64,000 nt of DNA. Origin: Isurus oxyrinchus (taxonomy: Eukaryota). The notes beneath the pieces are model-generated. The model did no database searches and had not been told where the DNA came from. It saw only the letters and a program-made list of their open reading frames with translations. This document shows, in pieces, positions 26,500 through 38,690 of this stretch. The first letter of the stretch is position 1. Every line of letters starts with the position of its first letter. The stretch is taken from contig JANJGN010000021.1 of NCBI GenBank assembly GCA_026770705.1, forward strand, positions 97,960,001 to 98,024,000, in the 5' to 3' direction. Position numbers and translations under genes: made by a program.

Positions 26500-27998
26500 C
26501 ACTCTGGCCCTGTGCTCTGCCAGGTCCTGTCAAATTATAAATTTCCCAAGATACACTGGGTCTTGTCACACTGTAATATCCCTAGACCAGCTCCTGTCTT
26601 ACTGTAATATCTCCATAGAAACAGTGCCCTGTTGTACTCTAATATCCCAGGATACAAAAAGTCCTGCTCTAATCTAATTTGCTAGATATATCAGGGTTGT
26701 GGTACTGTAACATCACAGGACAAAATGGGTCCTATTTTATGTAATATCCCAAGGTACACCGAGATCTGTTGCATAGTAATATTCCCAGGGTATAGTGCTT
26801 CCAGTGGTACTGTTACATTCCAGGATGATCCAGACCCCCTAATCCTGTACTCTCACAGGATTCGCTGGGCTATCTTACTGTCATATCCTGGTATACATCG
26901 GGCCTATGGTAACATATTATTGCAGGATACATGGCACCCTGTCGCATTAATATCCCAGGGTACATTGGTTACTCATGCACTGTAATATACCAAGGTACAG
27001 TGTCACGATATCCTGTCATATCCCAGGATTCACTGAGCTATGTTGTATTGTAATAGCCTATGGTACACCAGCTCTTGTTATACTGTAATATTCCAGTTTA
27101 GAACAGGCCCTGTCATACTGTAATAGACCAGGACATATTGGGTCCAGTCATACTGTATTGTCCCATGATATACTAGGTCTTTTGCATTGGAACATCCCAG
27201 GATTGACTTTGCCTTGGTTTATTGTAAAATCTCACAATACGCTGGGTGCTGACATATTCTAATGACCTACAGAAACAGGACCTGGTTGCACTATGTCATC
27301 TCGGGATTCACCAGGTCCATTTATGCTGTTATAATGCTGGCTACAACAGAACCTTTGGTGGCGTAATATCCCAGGAAACACCGGGTCCTGTCACACTGTA
27401 ACATCCCAGGATAATCTGGGTCCTGACATACTGTAATACCCAATGATACACCATCTCCTGACATACTGTCATATCTTAGGATGCACTGTGTCCTATCATA
27501 TTGCAATATTCCCAGATATACAGCATTCTGTCATTCTGTAATATTCCAAGATGTGCCAGGTCCTGTCATACTGAGGTATCACAGGGTATGCCAGTACTGT
27601 TGTACTCTAATGTCCCAGGATAAACCAGATCCTGTCATATTGTAATATTCCATTATACAGTAATATTCCAAGATTCACCTGGCCCTGTCATACAATAGTA
27701 CCCCAGGATACATCAGGGCTTCTTACAATGTAATATCCCAGGCTTCACTGGGTCTTGACATATTGTAATAGCCCAGGCAACACTGGGACTGCTGTACTGT
27801 AACTTCCCAGGCTATTTTGGGCCCTACACACTGTACAATCCCAAGATACACCAGGCTATACCAGGACTATCACACCATAATATCCAGGGTACATTGGGTT
27901 CTTTAGTATGGTAATTTCGTAGGATATAACAAATCTTTCATACTGTAATATACCAGGATACCCTGGCCATATTGAAATGCAATATCCTTGGATACACC
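26500..27998. repeat. Degenerate ~35-bp tandem array (about 40 units)
   Basis: Unit close to GGTCCTGTCATACTGTAATATCCCAGGATACACTG. The same unit recurs at 31185-31250 and 48435-48606. Confidence 0.95.
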
Positions 27999-30900
27999 AA
28001 AGTGGCAGCATTCTGTCTCATAAGCTAATGGTTTGCACCATGGTGGTCAACTCTGTATGAAGCATCATCTAATATGGCAGAGTGGGAGCCCTGAGCCACG
28101 ACAGTCTTAGTTACACTTTCCTCCAAGAAAGACAGTTGGCTGAGGAAATGCAGGATTCATTGGCCTGTTTAATAAATGCCCTCTTCTCGGCCAGCTGAGC
28201 CTTTTATTTATGCTCAGCTTTTCCAAAGCCCTTCCTGACAGTTCACCTTCAGATGTCATAGCCATCAGTGACTGTCTCCCAGTTGTGAGTGTCAATTTTG
28301 TCATCTTAATATCTTGTGTGCATGTATCATTGCGGAGGTGGCCCATGAGGTTGTGGCCCAGTGGAAAGTTCACTGTACCAAAGAACTTTGGGTGTACAAC
28401 CATCATGGATCCAATGAACATGGAGAGCCAGCTGATATATCATTGACTTCGAAATGACTATTCTGTTGAAATTAGCACGCTCCAGGACATCTGAGTTGGT
28501 GACTTTGTCCTGCCAAGAGAGGCTGAGGATATGTCTGAGGCAGCAAATGTGGAAACTGTTCAGCCTTTTTTCCTGCCCCACAGAACTCATTTCTCATTAT
28601 CTTGACTCCCTTCTCTCTCCCCTTGTCCAGTCCCTTCCCAACTACATCCGTGATTCCTCTGACACCTTACGTCACATCAACAATTTCCAGTTCCCTGGCC
28701 CCAACCGCTTCCTCTTCACCATGGACGTCCAATCCCTCTACATCTCCAGCCCCCACCAGGATGGTCTGAGGGCCCTTAGCTTCTTCCTTGAACAGAGGCC
28801 CGAACAATCCCCATCCACCACTACTCTCCTCTGTCTGGCTGAACTTGTTCTCACGCTGAACAATTTCTCCTTCAACTCCTCTCACTTCCTCCAATTAAAA
28901 GGTGTGGCTATGGGTACCCGCATGGGCCCCAGCTATGCCTGTCTCTTTATGGGGTATGTGGAACATTCCTTGTTCCAGTCTTACTCCAGCCCCCTTCCAC
29001 AACTCTTTCTCCGGTACATCGATGATTACTTTGGTGCTGCTTCATGTTCTTGTTGGGACATAGAAAAATTTGTTAATTTTGCTTCCAATCTCCACCCCTC
29101 CATCATTTTCACGTGGTCCATTTCTGACACTTCCCTTCCCTTCCTTGACCTCTCTGTCTCAATATCTGGTGATAGACTGTCCACCAATATCCATTACAAA
29201 CCCACCGACTCCCACAGCTACCTCGACTACAGCTCCGCACACCCCGCTTCCTGTAAGGACTCCATCCCATTCTCTCAGTTCCTTCGCCTCCATCGCATCT
29301 GTTCCGGTGATGCTACCTTCAAAAACAGTTCCTCTGACATGTCCTCATTCTTCCTTAACCGAGGTTTTCCACCCACGGTCATTGACAGGGCCCTCACCAG
29401 TGTCTGGCCCATCTCCCGCGCATCCGCTCTCACGCCTTCTCCTCCCTCCCAGAAACATGATAGGGTCCCCCTTGTCCTCACTTATCACCTCACCAGCCTC
29501 CGCATTCATAGGATCATCCTCCGCTATTTCCGCCAACTCCAGCATGATACCACCACCAAACACATCTTCCCTTCACCCCCCTTATCGGCATTCTGTAGGG
29601 ATCGCTCCCTCTGGGACACCCTGGTCCACTCCTCCATCACCCCCTACTCCTCAACCCCCTCCTGTGGCACCACCCCATGTCAACGCAAAAGATGCAACAC
29701 CTGCCCCTTCACTTCCTTTCTCCTCACCGTCCAAGGGCCCAAACACTCCTTTCAAGTGAAGCAGCATTTCACTTGCATTTTCCCCAACTTAGTCTACTGC
29801 ATTCATTGCTCCCAATGTGGTCTCCTCTACATTGGAGAGACCAAATGTAAACTGGGCAACCGCTTTGCAGAACACCTGCTGTCTGTCTGCAAGAATGACC
29901 CAAACCTCCCTGTCGCTTGCCATTTTAACACTCCACCTGCTCTCTTGCCCACATGTCTGTCCTTGGCTTGCTGCATTGTTCCAGTGAAGCCCAACGTAAA
30001 CTGGAGGAACAACACCTCATCTTCTGACTAGGCACTTTACAACCTTCCGGACTGAATATTAAATTCAACGACGTTAGGTCTTGAGCTCCCTCCTCCATCC
30101 CCACCCCCTTTCTGTTTCCCCCTTCCTTTTTTTCCCAATAAATTATATAGATTTTTCTTTTCCCACCTATTTCCATTATTTTTAAATATTTTAAAATCTT
30201 TTATGCTCCCTCCACCCCCACTAGAGCTATACCTTGAGTGCCATTCTTAATTAGCACATTCGTTTAGATAATATCACCAACTTTAACACCTATGTGTTCT
30301 TTTGTTCTATTGTTGTTGACATCTTTTGATGATCTGCTTCTATCACTGCTTGTTTGTCCCTGCAACCACACCCGCCCACCCTCCACTTCTCTCTCTCTCT
30401 CTCCCCGCACCAGCCGCCCCCCCCCCCCAACACCCCCCCCCCCCCACACACACACACCTTAACACAGCTTATATTTCAACTCTTTCTTGGACTCAAACTC
30501 AAGCTCCGTTGAAGGGTCATGAGGACTCGAAATGTGAACTCTTTTCTTCTCCGCCGATGCTGCCAGACCTGCTGAGGTTTTCCAGGTAATTCTGTTTTTG
30601 TTTCAGCCTTTTCTCCTGCCTGGCATATGTCGTCCAGATGTCACTATTGTAGAGAAATGTGCTGCAGAAGGAGGCTTGGGAGGCTCAGTTTGGTGTTCTC
30701 AATCCAGTTGTTGTTGTTCCACACTCTCTTACCCAGCTGGGCAAGGCTGAGCTGATTTCCATCAGTTCCGGTTTGTAAGCGGACACCCTCTGCAGATGAC
30801 CTGAAAGTGTTTGAGAGCAGAAAAGAGGAAAATAAGGCAAATAATTTTGGTGAGAGAACCCAACGTTGTTTGACCTCACTGCAGATTTCAAAGGGTTCCA

Positions 30901-31185
30901 ACGTTGCCAGGTCATAGCTGGCCTTACCCATAATGTCATCATGGAAAGAGTAGATCAACTTGAGCAGCTATGGTGGATGGATAATTTTCCCAAGTGGATT
31001 AAAAAGTCTGCCTTTGCTTACATGGTCAATTGATTTTGATGAAGGTAATCTATAGAGGTCTCCTTTGCTCATGGCAGTTCTCTTGCAGCTGCCAGACTGA
31101 GATGATCATGTAAATTGTAGACTTTCCAGACATGCTGGGATCTGCGGTGGGTGCGTTAAGCCAGAATCTGCAATCTGACAAGGCC
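27999..31185 (-). mobile_element. RTE-clade LINE, 5'-truncated, inserted in the 35-bp array and split by a Penelope element
   Basis: QEKRLNSFHICCLRHILSLSWQDKVTNSDVLERA (28327-28590) and FHDDIMG..EPFEICSEVKQRWVLSPKLF (30644-30958) are RTE RT motifs. Confidence 0.88.
28578..30601 (+). mobile_element. Penelope-like retroelement (RT + GIY-YIG, Neptune-type linker), 5'-truncated, 19-bp TSD
   Basis: Open frame with FTMDVQSLY, GVAMGTRMGPSYACLFMG, RYIDD, linker CQRKRCNTC and LVYCIHCSQCGLLYIGET. One frameshift near 29935. TSD TTCAGCCTTTTTTCCTGCC (28559-28577) / TTCAGCCTTTTCTCCTGCC (30602-30620). Confidence 0.95.
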
Positions 31186-31489
31186 CTGCAATACCCCAAG
31201 ATACAATAACCCCATTGAACTATATTATCCTGGGATACACTGGCCTGGGTGTACCTGTACTGAGGGTAGTTTAAGCTTCCATTGCTGAGCTTCCAGATCA
31301 AATACAGATGTTTCTTCTCCTCAGCATCTACGACATTTGGTATTTTAGTTCCGTTCCATGCACTGTTTTTCTTTTCCTTGCCCCAGGTCCATTGCTGCTC
31401 TCCTTAAGAACCACCCTGTCAAGCAGGATCTGTCTCCATTGATAGCTCACAGTTATTTCTCTGTACCTGTAGCCCTGAACCAGTCCCAC

Positions 31490-32010
31490 CATCTGTTGAC
31501 AGCTCAGCACTGATGCTCCCTCCTGTGGTTCTGTAGCGAGATTGGATTCTCACACAGTTCAGCACTGGCTCTCTCCCACCTCCTCTCCTTTAGGGAGGCA
31601 GGAGCCTCAGACAGCTCAGCCCGGAACCTTCCCCCTACAGTGAGACTCGATCCTCACACAGATCAGCACTACCTTCTCTCTGTGGCTCTGTAATGAGACT
31701 GGCTCCTCTCACAGCTCAGCGCTGACCCTCAATGCTATAAGGGATTGAGTCCTCACACAGTTTAGCCCTAATCTTCCCTTGTGTAGTTAGACTCGATCCT
31801 CACACAGCTCAGCACTGATCCTCCCTCCTATAGTGAGACTGGATCTTCTCACAGTTCAGCGCTGACCCTCCCTCCTGTAGTAAGACTGAATCCTCAGACA
31901 GATCATCACTGACCAAATGTCATCTGGTTCTACAGCGTGACAGGAACCTCACACAGTTCAGTACTGGATCTCATTCTTGTCGTGAGACTGGATCTTTAGA
32001 CACCTCACTA
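31490..32010. repeat. ~54-bp minisatellite in the intron after alpha3
   Basis: Recurring CTCACACAGCTCAGCACTGACCCTCCCTCC..TAGTGAGACTGGATCCT. Confidence 0.9.
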
Positions 32011-32060
32011 TCCTGTGGCCTTCACTAGAGGTCTTTACAGAAAAAAAAACACAGTCATAC

Positions 32061-32324
32061 CAAGAAACACAACCATCATGCCATGCAGCCCACTGTAGTT
32101 CACCACACAGGAGAAGTTGGCCTGGTCCATGGGATTGATCTCTGAAAGTTTGTGGATCTGGAAGGTGTTATGATGATTGGGCTGGACACCACTAGAATGG
32201 ACCACATCAATGGGTACCCCACCTTTTCGCAGAGTCACATCACCGTATTGAGGGTAAAACCCAGTGGTAAAACACAACAGCTAGTTAGAATTACTCAGAT
32301 GGCTAAAGAACACAGTGGAGGCAA
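32061..32324 (-). pseudogene. MHC class I alpha3 (Ig C1) exon with in-frame stop
   Basis: CACAG acceptor, GTATGA donor, 264 nt. Reads VASTVFFSHLSNSN*LLCFTTGFYPQYGDVTLRKGG...PNHHNTFQI...FSCVVNYSGL. TAG at 32281-32283. Confidence 0.93.
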
Positions 32325-32419
32325 CTGTGAGGGGCAGCAAAAGGGCAAGAGAGAAAATACAGAAAGAAAGTGAGAGAACAGTTTGTGCAGGAAATCTGAC
32401 AGATCATACCCATCGAAAT

Positions 32420-32790
32420 GAATCAGTCCCATATCACTCACCGACTCACAATTCTCCCCCAATCCCTCATTCAACGACTTTCAATCCTGTCTCACTCACT
32501 GCCCCTCAGTCTCCCCCACTCACCACGCACTCTCCAACCACACACACCAACTCTCAGTAGTCCACTCACTCACCAACTCCCAATCCCCCCTCACTCACCA
32601 ACTATTATTCACTTCCCTACTCACAACTCTCAGTCCTGCCTCACTTACACTCAGAATCTCCCTCACTTGCCCAGCTCTCAGCTCCACACTCACTCACCAA
32701 CTTTTAACCTGCACAAACTCAACAACTCCAAATCACCCACTATCCCCTGTGTCCGAATACCCACTCAGCAACTCTCAGTCTTCCCTCACT
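32420..32790. repeat. C/A-rich degenerate repeat (CACTCACCAACTCTCAGTC-like) filling the alpha2-alpha3 intron
   Basis: Seen directly. Confidence 0.8.
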
Positions 32791-32793
32791 CAC

Positions 32794-33151
32794 CGGGCCT
32801 CAGGGAAATCCCTGATAAGAATATAGCTGAGAGATAGAGGTTTTAAGGGGTAAAGAAAGGGAAGCAGGAGATAAAATAGAGGGGTAGGGGAATAGATGGT
32901 CACAGAGTGGAATTTTCTGAGCTGCTTGATGCATTCCTTATCCAGGTAGCGTTTCCACTTCTCGTTCAAGTCCACATCCTGGTCCCACTTATTCTTGGTG
33001 ATCATTCCCCAGATTACTGCAGGTACCCAGGCCATGTGATACCTATCGAAGCTGATGAAATCACGCCCATCCCAGCCATAAAAGACATATCCTTGCATGC
33101 TGTTGTCTTCACGCAACTCACAGCTGTAAATCAGCTGGTAAGTGTGGAACC
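32794..33151 (-). pseudogene. MHC class I alpha2 exon disrupted by a ~100-bp insertion
   Basis: GACAG acceptor. Reads GFHTYQLIYSCELRED...YGWDGRDFISFD...TKNKWDQD...YLDKECIKQLRKF, then foreign sequence (32814-32910), then the native end GISLRP|gtgagt. Length 358 nt is not a multiple of 3. Confidence 0.95.
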
Positions 33152-33299
33152 CTGTCAATCAAACACACACAATTAAACCTCACAACATGCCTCACAGGGT
33201 CCCTGCTCACCATCAGCTGTCAATAAAAACGCATCATCCAATGGAGACCATCGCTTCAAGATCTCACGACAACAATCTACTCGCCACCCCGCCCTCCAT

Positions 33300-33985
33300 T
33301 CACAGAATCACTGAATCGCAGAGTGCAGAAGAGGTCCTTCGGCCCATTGAGTCTGCACCAACACGTGAGAAACAAATGACCTTCCTACCTAATCCCATTT
33401 ACAAGCACTTGGCCCATAGCCTTGAATGCTACGATGTGCCAAGTGCTCATCCAGGTACTTTTTAAAGGAAGTGAGGCAACCTGCCTCCACCACCCTCCCA
33501 GGCAGTGCATTCCAGATCGTCATCACGTTCTGGGTAAAAAAGCTTTTCCTCACATCCCTACTAAACCTCCTGCCCCTCACCTTGAACTTGTGCCCCTTTG
33601 CAGCTGACCCTTCAAATAAGGGGAACAGCTGCTCCCTATCTACCCTGTCCGTGCCGCTCATAATCTTTTACACCTCGATCAGGTTGCCACTCATTCTTCT
33701 CTACTCCATTGGAAACAACCCAAGTCTATCGAAGCTCTCTTCTTAATTTAAATGTCTCATTCCAGGCAACATCCTGGTGAATCTCCTCTGCACCCCTTCC
33801 ACTGCAATCACATCCTCCCTATGATGTGGTGACCAGAACTGTACACAGTACTCCAGCTGTGGCCTCAACAAGGTTCTATACAACTCCAACATGACCTCCC
33901 TACTTTTGTAATGTATGCCTTGATTGATAAAGGCAAGTGTCCCATAAGCCTTTTTCACCACCCCATTAACATGCCCCTCTGCCAT
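33300..33985 (-). mobile_element. CR1 LINE 3' fragment in intron 2
   Basis: LYRTLLRPQLEYCVQFWSPHH and FFTQNVMTIWNALPG. Confidence 0.93.
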
Positions 33986-34079
33986 TGTCTGGGAGCATCA
34001 ATTCCTGCACACCCACCATTAGCTGTTAATCAAACTCAGTCTGAGACTTCGCAGGGATCAGATATTACAGAAGGTATGT

Positions 34080-34418
34080 GATGCCTGAGCGCAGAGGGGC
34101 AGGCTAGTCCAGCTCGCTGTTATGTCTTTACACAGATCTGTGAATTTAAACATGGGTCGGGGGAATAATAGAGAGATGGGGTGATGGGTGGTGGGAGATA
34201 AGAATACAGCTGGGAGATAGAGGTTATGAGGGGTAAAGAAAGGGAAACAAGAGATAAAATAGAGGGGCACAGGGAATAGATGGTCACAGAGTGGAATGAA
34301 GAGTTATAGAGTATCCGATGCCTGAGTGCAGAGGGGCAGGACTACTCCAGCTCGCTGTTACTTCTGTACACAGATCTGTGAATTTAAACATGGGTCGGGG
34401 AAATAATAAAGAGACATG
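34080..34418. repeat. ~100-bp direct repeat pair (34080-34177, 34317-34418) bracketing the donor of the alpha2 insertion
   Basis: GATGCCTGAG.GCAGAGGGGCAGG...ACACAGATCTGTGAATTTAAACATGGGTCGGGG occurs twice. Confidence 0.9.
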
Positions 34419-34709
34419 CGTAAATACAGTGAGAGGGAGAGTTCAATTAAAGAGACATGGGGGGGTGGGTGGGTGTGAATAAAGAGACACAGGGAGAAAT
34501 AGGGAGATGTAGAGGGGCAGAGAGATAGACATGTGGGGAATAGAGGTACACTGGGAATAGAGGATCGCAGGAGAGGAATGTGTGGACATGGGGATAAAGT
34601 AAGACGGATGGTGGGGGGAGAGAAAAAGATACAGTGGAATGAAACAAAGAGGCACTGGGGAAAAAGACATGGGGGGAATATAGAATCATAAAGCACACAA
34701 ATGGCACTG

Positions 34710-36225
34710 GATAGTATGGGCCCTGATAATATTCCGGCAATAATACTGAAGATTTGTGCTCCAGAACTTGGTCCTTAACCAAGCTGTTCCGGTACAACTA
34801 CAACATTGGCATCTACCCGGCTATGTGGAAAATTGCCCAGCTATGTCCTGTACACAAAAAGCAGGACAAATCCAACCTGGTCACTTAACGCCCCATCAGT
34901 CTACTCTCCATTGTCTGTAAAGTAATGGAAGGGGTCATCAGTGCTTTGACTTGCTTAGCAATAACCTGCTCACTGATGCCCGGTTTGGGTTCCACCAGGG
35001 CCACTCATCTCCTGACCTTATTACAGCCTTGGTTCAAAAATGAACAAAAGAGGTGAACTCCAGAGGTGAGGTGAGAGTGACTGCCATTGACATCAAGACT
35101 GCATTTGACCCAGTGTGGCTTCAAGGAGCCCTGGAAAAAACTGGAGTTAATGGGAATCAGGGAGTTGAACTCTGCGCTGGTTGGGGTCATGCCTAGCACA
35201 AAGGAAGATGGTTGTGATTATTGGAGGTCAGTCATCTCAACTCCAGGACATCACTGCAGGAGTTCCTCAGTGTAGTGCCCTTGCCCCAACCATCTTTAGC
35301 TGCTTCATCAATGACTTTCCTTCCATCATAAGGTCAGAAGTAGGGATTTTCACTGATGATTGCACAATGTTCAGCGCCATTCATGACTCCTCAGACATGA
35401 AGCAGTCCATGTCCAAATGCAGAAAGTCTTGGACAATACGCATGCCTGGGCTGACAAGTGGCAAATAAAGTTTGCACCACACAAGTGTCAAGCAATAACT
35501 ATCTCCAAAAATAGAGAATCCAACCATCGCACCTTGATTTTCAATAGCATTACCATCACTAATCCCCCACTATTAACATCATTGGGGTACCATCGATTAG
35601 AAACTGAACTGGACTAGCCATATGAATACTATGACTACAAAAGTAGGTCAGAGGCTAGTATCGTGCGATGAGTAACTCACCTCCTGACTCCCCAAAGTCA
35701 GTCCACCATCTACAAGGCACGCTGTGGAGCGTGATGGTATACTCCCAATTGCCTGGATGAGTGCAGCTCCCACAACACTCAAGAAGCTTGACACCATCCA
35801 GGAAAAAAAGAGCCCGCTTGATTGGCACCAAATCCACAAGCATTCACTCCCTCCACCACCAACGTACAGTAGCAGCGGTGTATAACATCTACAAGATGTA
35901 CTGCAGGAATTCACCAAAGCTCCTTTGACAGTACCTTCCAAACCCACGACCACTACCATCTAGAAGGACAAGGGCAGCAGATAGATGGGAACACCACCAC
36001 CTAGAAATTTTCCTCCAAGTCACTCACCAACCTGACTTGTAAATATATTGTCATTGCTTCACTGTTGCTGGGTCAAAATTCTTGCAAACAGCACTGTGGG
36101 TGTACATACACCATATGTACTGCAGTGGTTCAAGAAGGCAGCTCACCACCAGCTCAAGAGCAAGCAGGGATGGGAAATAAGTGCTGGCCCAGCCAGCAAA
36201 GCCCACATCCCATGAATGAATAAAT
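34710..36225 (+). mobile_element. CR1/L2-group LINE (family B), RT region and 3' tail
   Basis: GVPQCSALAPTIFSCFINDFP..IFTDDCT; tail GCTGGCCCAGCCAGCAAAGCCCACATCCCATGAATGAATAAA. Confidence 0.92.
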
Positions 36226-36489
36226 AAATCAGGGGAGCAGAGAGACATTGGATTGTGTAATAGAGAGACACAGGGGAATGCAGAGACACATGGGAAAGCT
36301 AGACAGGCACGGGAAAGATAGAGACACACAAGGGAAATAGAGAAACACAGGAGTGTGTGCCTGTGTGTGACGGGATGGGGGATGGGGGAGCGGGGGTATG
36401 GTGGTGGGGTTGAGGGAGGAATTTCAGGACCTGTCAAGAAATTAGTATCTCTATCAGTTGGAGGGATGGTCAGCTCAAGTACATGATTC

Positions 36490-37430
36490 AGAAGGTCCCT
36501 TTCCCCCAAACACTGAACTCTCCCTCTCCCTGGAAACTGACTCCCCACTCTAACCTGTCCCCTACCCCATCTCTTGGACACTGCCCCCTGCCAACCTCCC
36601 CACCCACCCCCCATCGCTAAGACATTGACCACTCCACACTCCCTGGGACACTTTTTTCCTCCTGTCCTCGGGAGATTGGGCTTCAGCTGTCCCCGGGGCA
36701 CTGACCCCTCCCTCTCCCTGGGACATTGAAACCCCCACACTCCCTGCAGACTTTCTCAAAGTTTGTTACCTGCCCTCTCTCCAGGCCACTGATACCACAT
36801 CTCCAGGGACATTAAACACCCCTCTCCCTGGACATTTCCCAAACCTTCTCATGAGGACATTGGCCACTCCCTCTGGCACACTGTTTCACACACTTCCCTA
36901 GGACACCAACCACACCCCTCCCAGTCCCCATTTCACCCAGATACTGACACAACCTCACTCCCTGGGACTCAATTTCACCTGTCTCCCAAAGTTACCGACT
37001 TCACCCCTCCTCTCCTCAGGCACTGACACCCCAATGCTCCCCTGGTCCTGATGCCTACCACCCCCCCCCCCCAAACTCTCTCCAGGATATTGAAACCCCT
37101 CTCCCTGTCACACTCTAACCAAGACACTGACCACAACACCCACCCCTCCCCCACTCCACCACCCCACCCCCCGTCCCCTTTCTGCCCGGGACATTGATCT
37201 CTGTTCTACACAGGACACCAAACCCACCAAAAAACACCAAACCCACACAATGTTCTATCCTGGACATTGACCCCTACACTACAATACAGTGTATTGAAAC
37301 TGCCCCTCTCTAAAGGACATTGACCTCTTCCTTTCTCCAGAACACTGATCCCTTTCACCCTGGGACACTGGCCCACCCCTCTCTGCAGGACCTTGATTCC
37401 CCAGGGCACTGACACCCAGGCCTCCTTGCA
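36490..37430. repeat. C-rich ~30-bp degenerate minisatellite in intron 2 (G-rich on the gene's sense strand)
   Basis: Recurring CCCTCTCCCTGGGACA(C/T)TGACCCC. Confidence 0.85.
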
Positions 37431-37533
37431 GAACACACAATTCCCTCTCCCCGGTCTCTTCTTTCATGTCCTTAACCTCATCCTTGACCCAGATTGAATG
37501 AAGAACTGAGAGCAAGAGTGGATAAGAACTCGC

Positions 37534-37794
37534 CACCCGTCTGGTTGCTCTGCGTCATAAGGTATGAACACAGGACTTCATCTCTGTCTCCACGTGCCGC
37601 TGCTTCTGTGTCTCCGGTTCCCAGTAATCAGGGCCTTCGCTCTCAGCCATCCATTGCTGCCAAGGGAGCACCATCTTTCGATCGCTGTCATAACGAACAA
37701 TCAGCACCTCATCCACATAACGAACACCAACAAACTCTGGCAGGCCGGGAATCGGGGTCATTGAGGTAAAAAAAATACCGGAGAGAATGAGAGA
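37534..37794 (-). pseudogene. MHC class I alpha1 exon with +1 and -1 indels and a GC donor; non-classical, UBA-like by recollection
   Basis: TTTCAG acceptor, 261 nt. Repaired reading [39 protein letters not shown]...EGPDYWEPETQKQR...TLMTQSNQTG keeps the N86 glycosylation site. Extra T in an 8-T run (37768-37775), one base lost near 37560, donor GCGAGT. Confidence 0.95.
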
Positions 37795-38033
37795 CTGAAA
37801 CACAGAAAGAAACATCAAGGCATGAACCGAAAAACACCAAACTCACACAAAGCCATTAAGGCCTGAACCGCAAAACACCAAACCTACATAATGACTGAGG
37901 GCGTCTGGGGTAGCCCACCAACTTCATACTGGAGCTTTCTCGGTTAACCCACTCACTGCTAGACTGAGGGATTGAGCGTGCCTGCACTGAAAAGAGTGAG
38001 GGAGAGGGGTCTAGTTCACTCCTGAATCTCTGA

Positions 38034-38360
38034 GATCCCACTCCCCACTGACGAAGGGCCAGAACCAAGGCAATGAGACCATCTCGGACTGCATTCCTCA
38101 CTGAATGAATGCCAGAACCGAGGCTGAGATCCTCCCAGACCCCATTACCTACTGGCCGAGGGCCAGAAACGAGGCCGAGGCACTCTCAGACCCCACTACC
38201 CACTGACTGAGGGCCAGAACCGAGGCAATGAAACCCTCACAGATCCCACTACCCACTGACCAAGGGCCAGAACCCAGACAATGAGGCCCTCTCAGACCCC
38301 ATTACCCACTGACCAAGGGCCAGGATCCAGGCATTTACACACTCTCAAACTCCATTACCA
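38034..38360. repeat. ~52-bp minisatellite, 6 copies, in intron 1
   Basis: Unit GACCCCACTACCCACTGAC..AGGGCCAGAACCGAGGCAATGAG.CCCTCTCA. Confidence 0.93.
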
Positions 38361-38556
38361 ACCTGCAGAGACCCCTCTACACAGATTGACCAGCACCATT
38401 AGTCCAATTATGGTTGGTTCCCCCCCACCTCCTCTCGAGTGGGTGGGATAAACAGTTCATAAGGAATCCTTTTTTTCCCTAAAATGCTGTCTGCGAATCG
38501 GCGAGCACCCCTCGTACTAAACGTCACAGAACTTTTATTTTTCTGCAACCACTTAC

Positions 38557-38617
38557 ATAATGATTGGTTGATAGGTACATTTACTACTAATCAAAATAAA
38601 TACAGACTATGAGTCAT
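38557..38617 (-). pseudogene. Probable MHC class I leader exon with in-frame TGA
   Basis: ATG, 20 codons plus 1 nt, consensus GTAAGT donor in phase 1. Reads MTHSLYLF*LVVNVPINQSL. Lies ~75 bp downstream of a Y box. Confidence 0.65.
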
Positions 38618-38690
38618 CAGCCTCCGTGTGGAAAAGGCTCCGACAGTTTGTTTCGGCATGGCAAGAAACATTCCAAACATTGTGCACCTT

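Noticed and set aside
26500-27998. 35-bp periodic array resembling a CRISPR
   Set aside because: Head-to-tail degenerate units without unique spacers, no cas genes, vertebrate context.
28454-28577. N-terminus of the 525-aa ORF as a real start or fusion protein
   Set aside because: It is antisense RTE sequence that happens to be in frame with the truncated Penelope RT.
29070-29759. 229-aa Pro/Ser-rich overlapping ORF
   Set aside because: Alternate frame of the C-rich Penelope coding strand, where stops are rare.
31255-31492. Possible extra exon between alpha3 and TM
   Set aside because: Weak acceptor, stops in the phase-compatible frame and no recognisable domain.
36051-36740. 229-aa minus-strand ORF
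   Set aside because: Runs across a minisatellite, simple repeats and a LINE tail.
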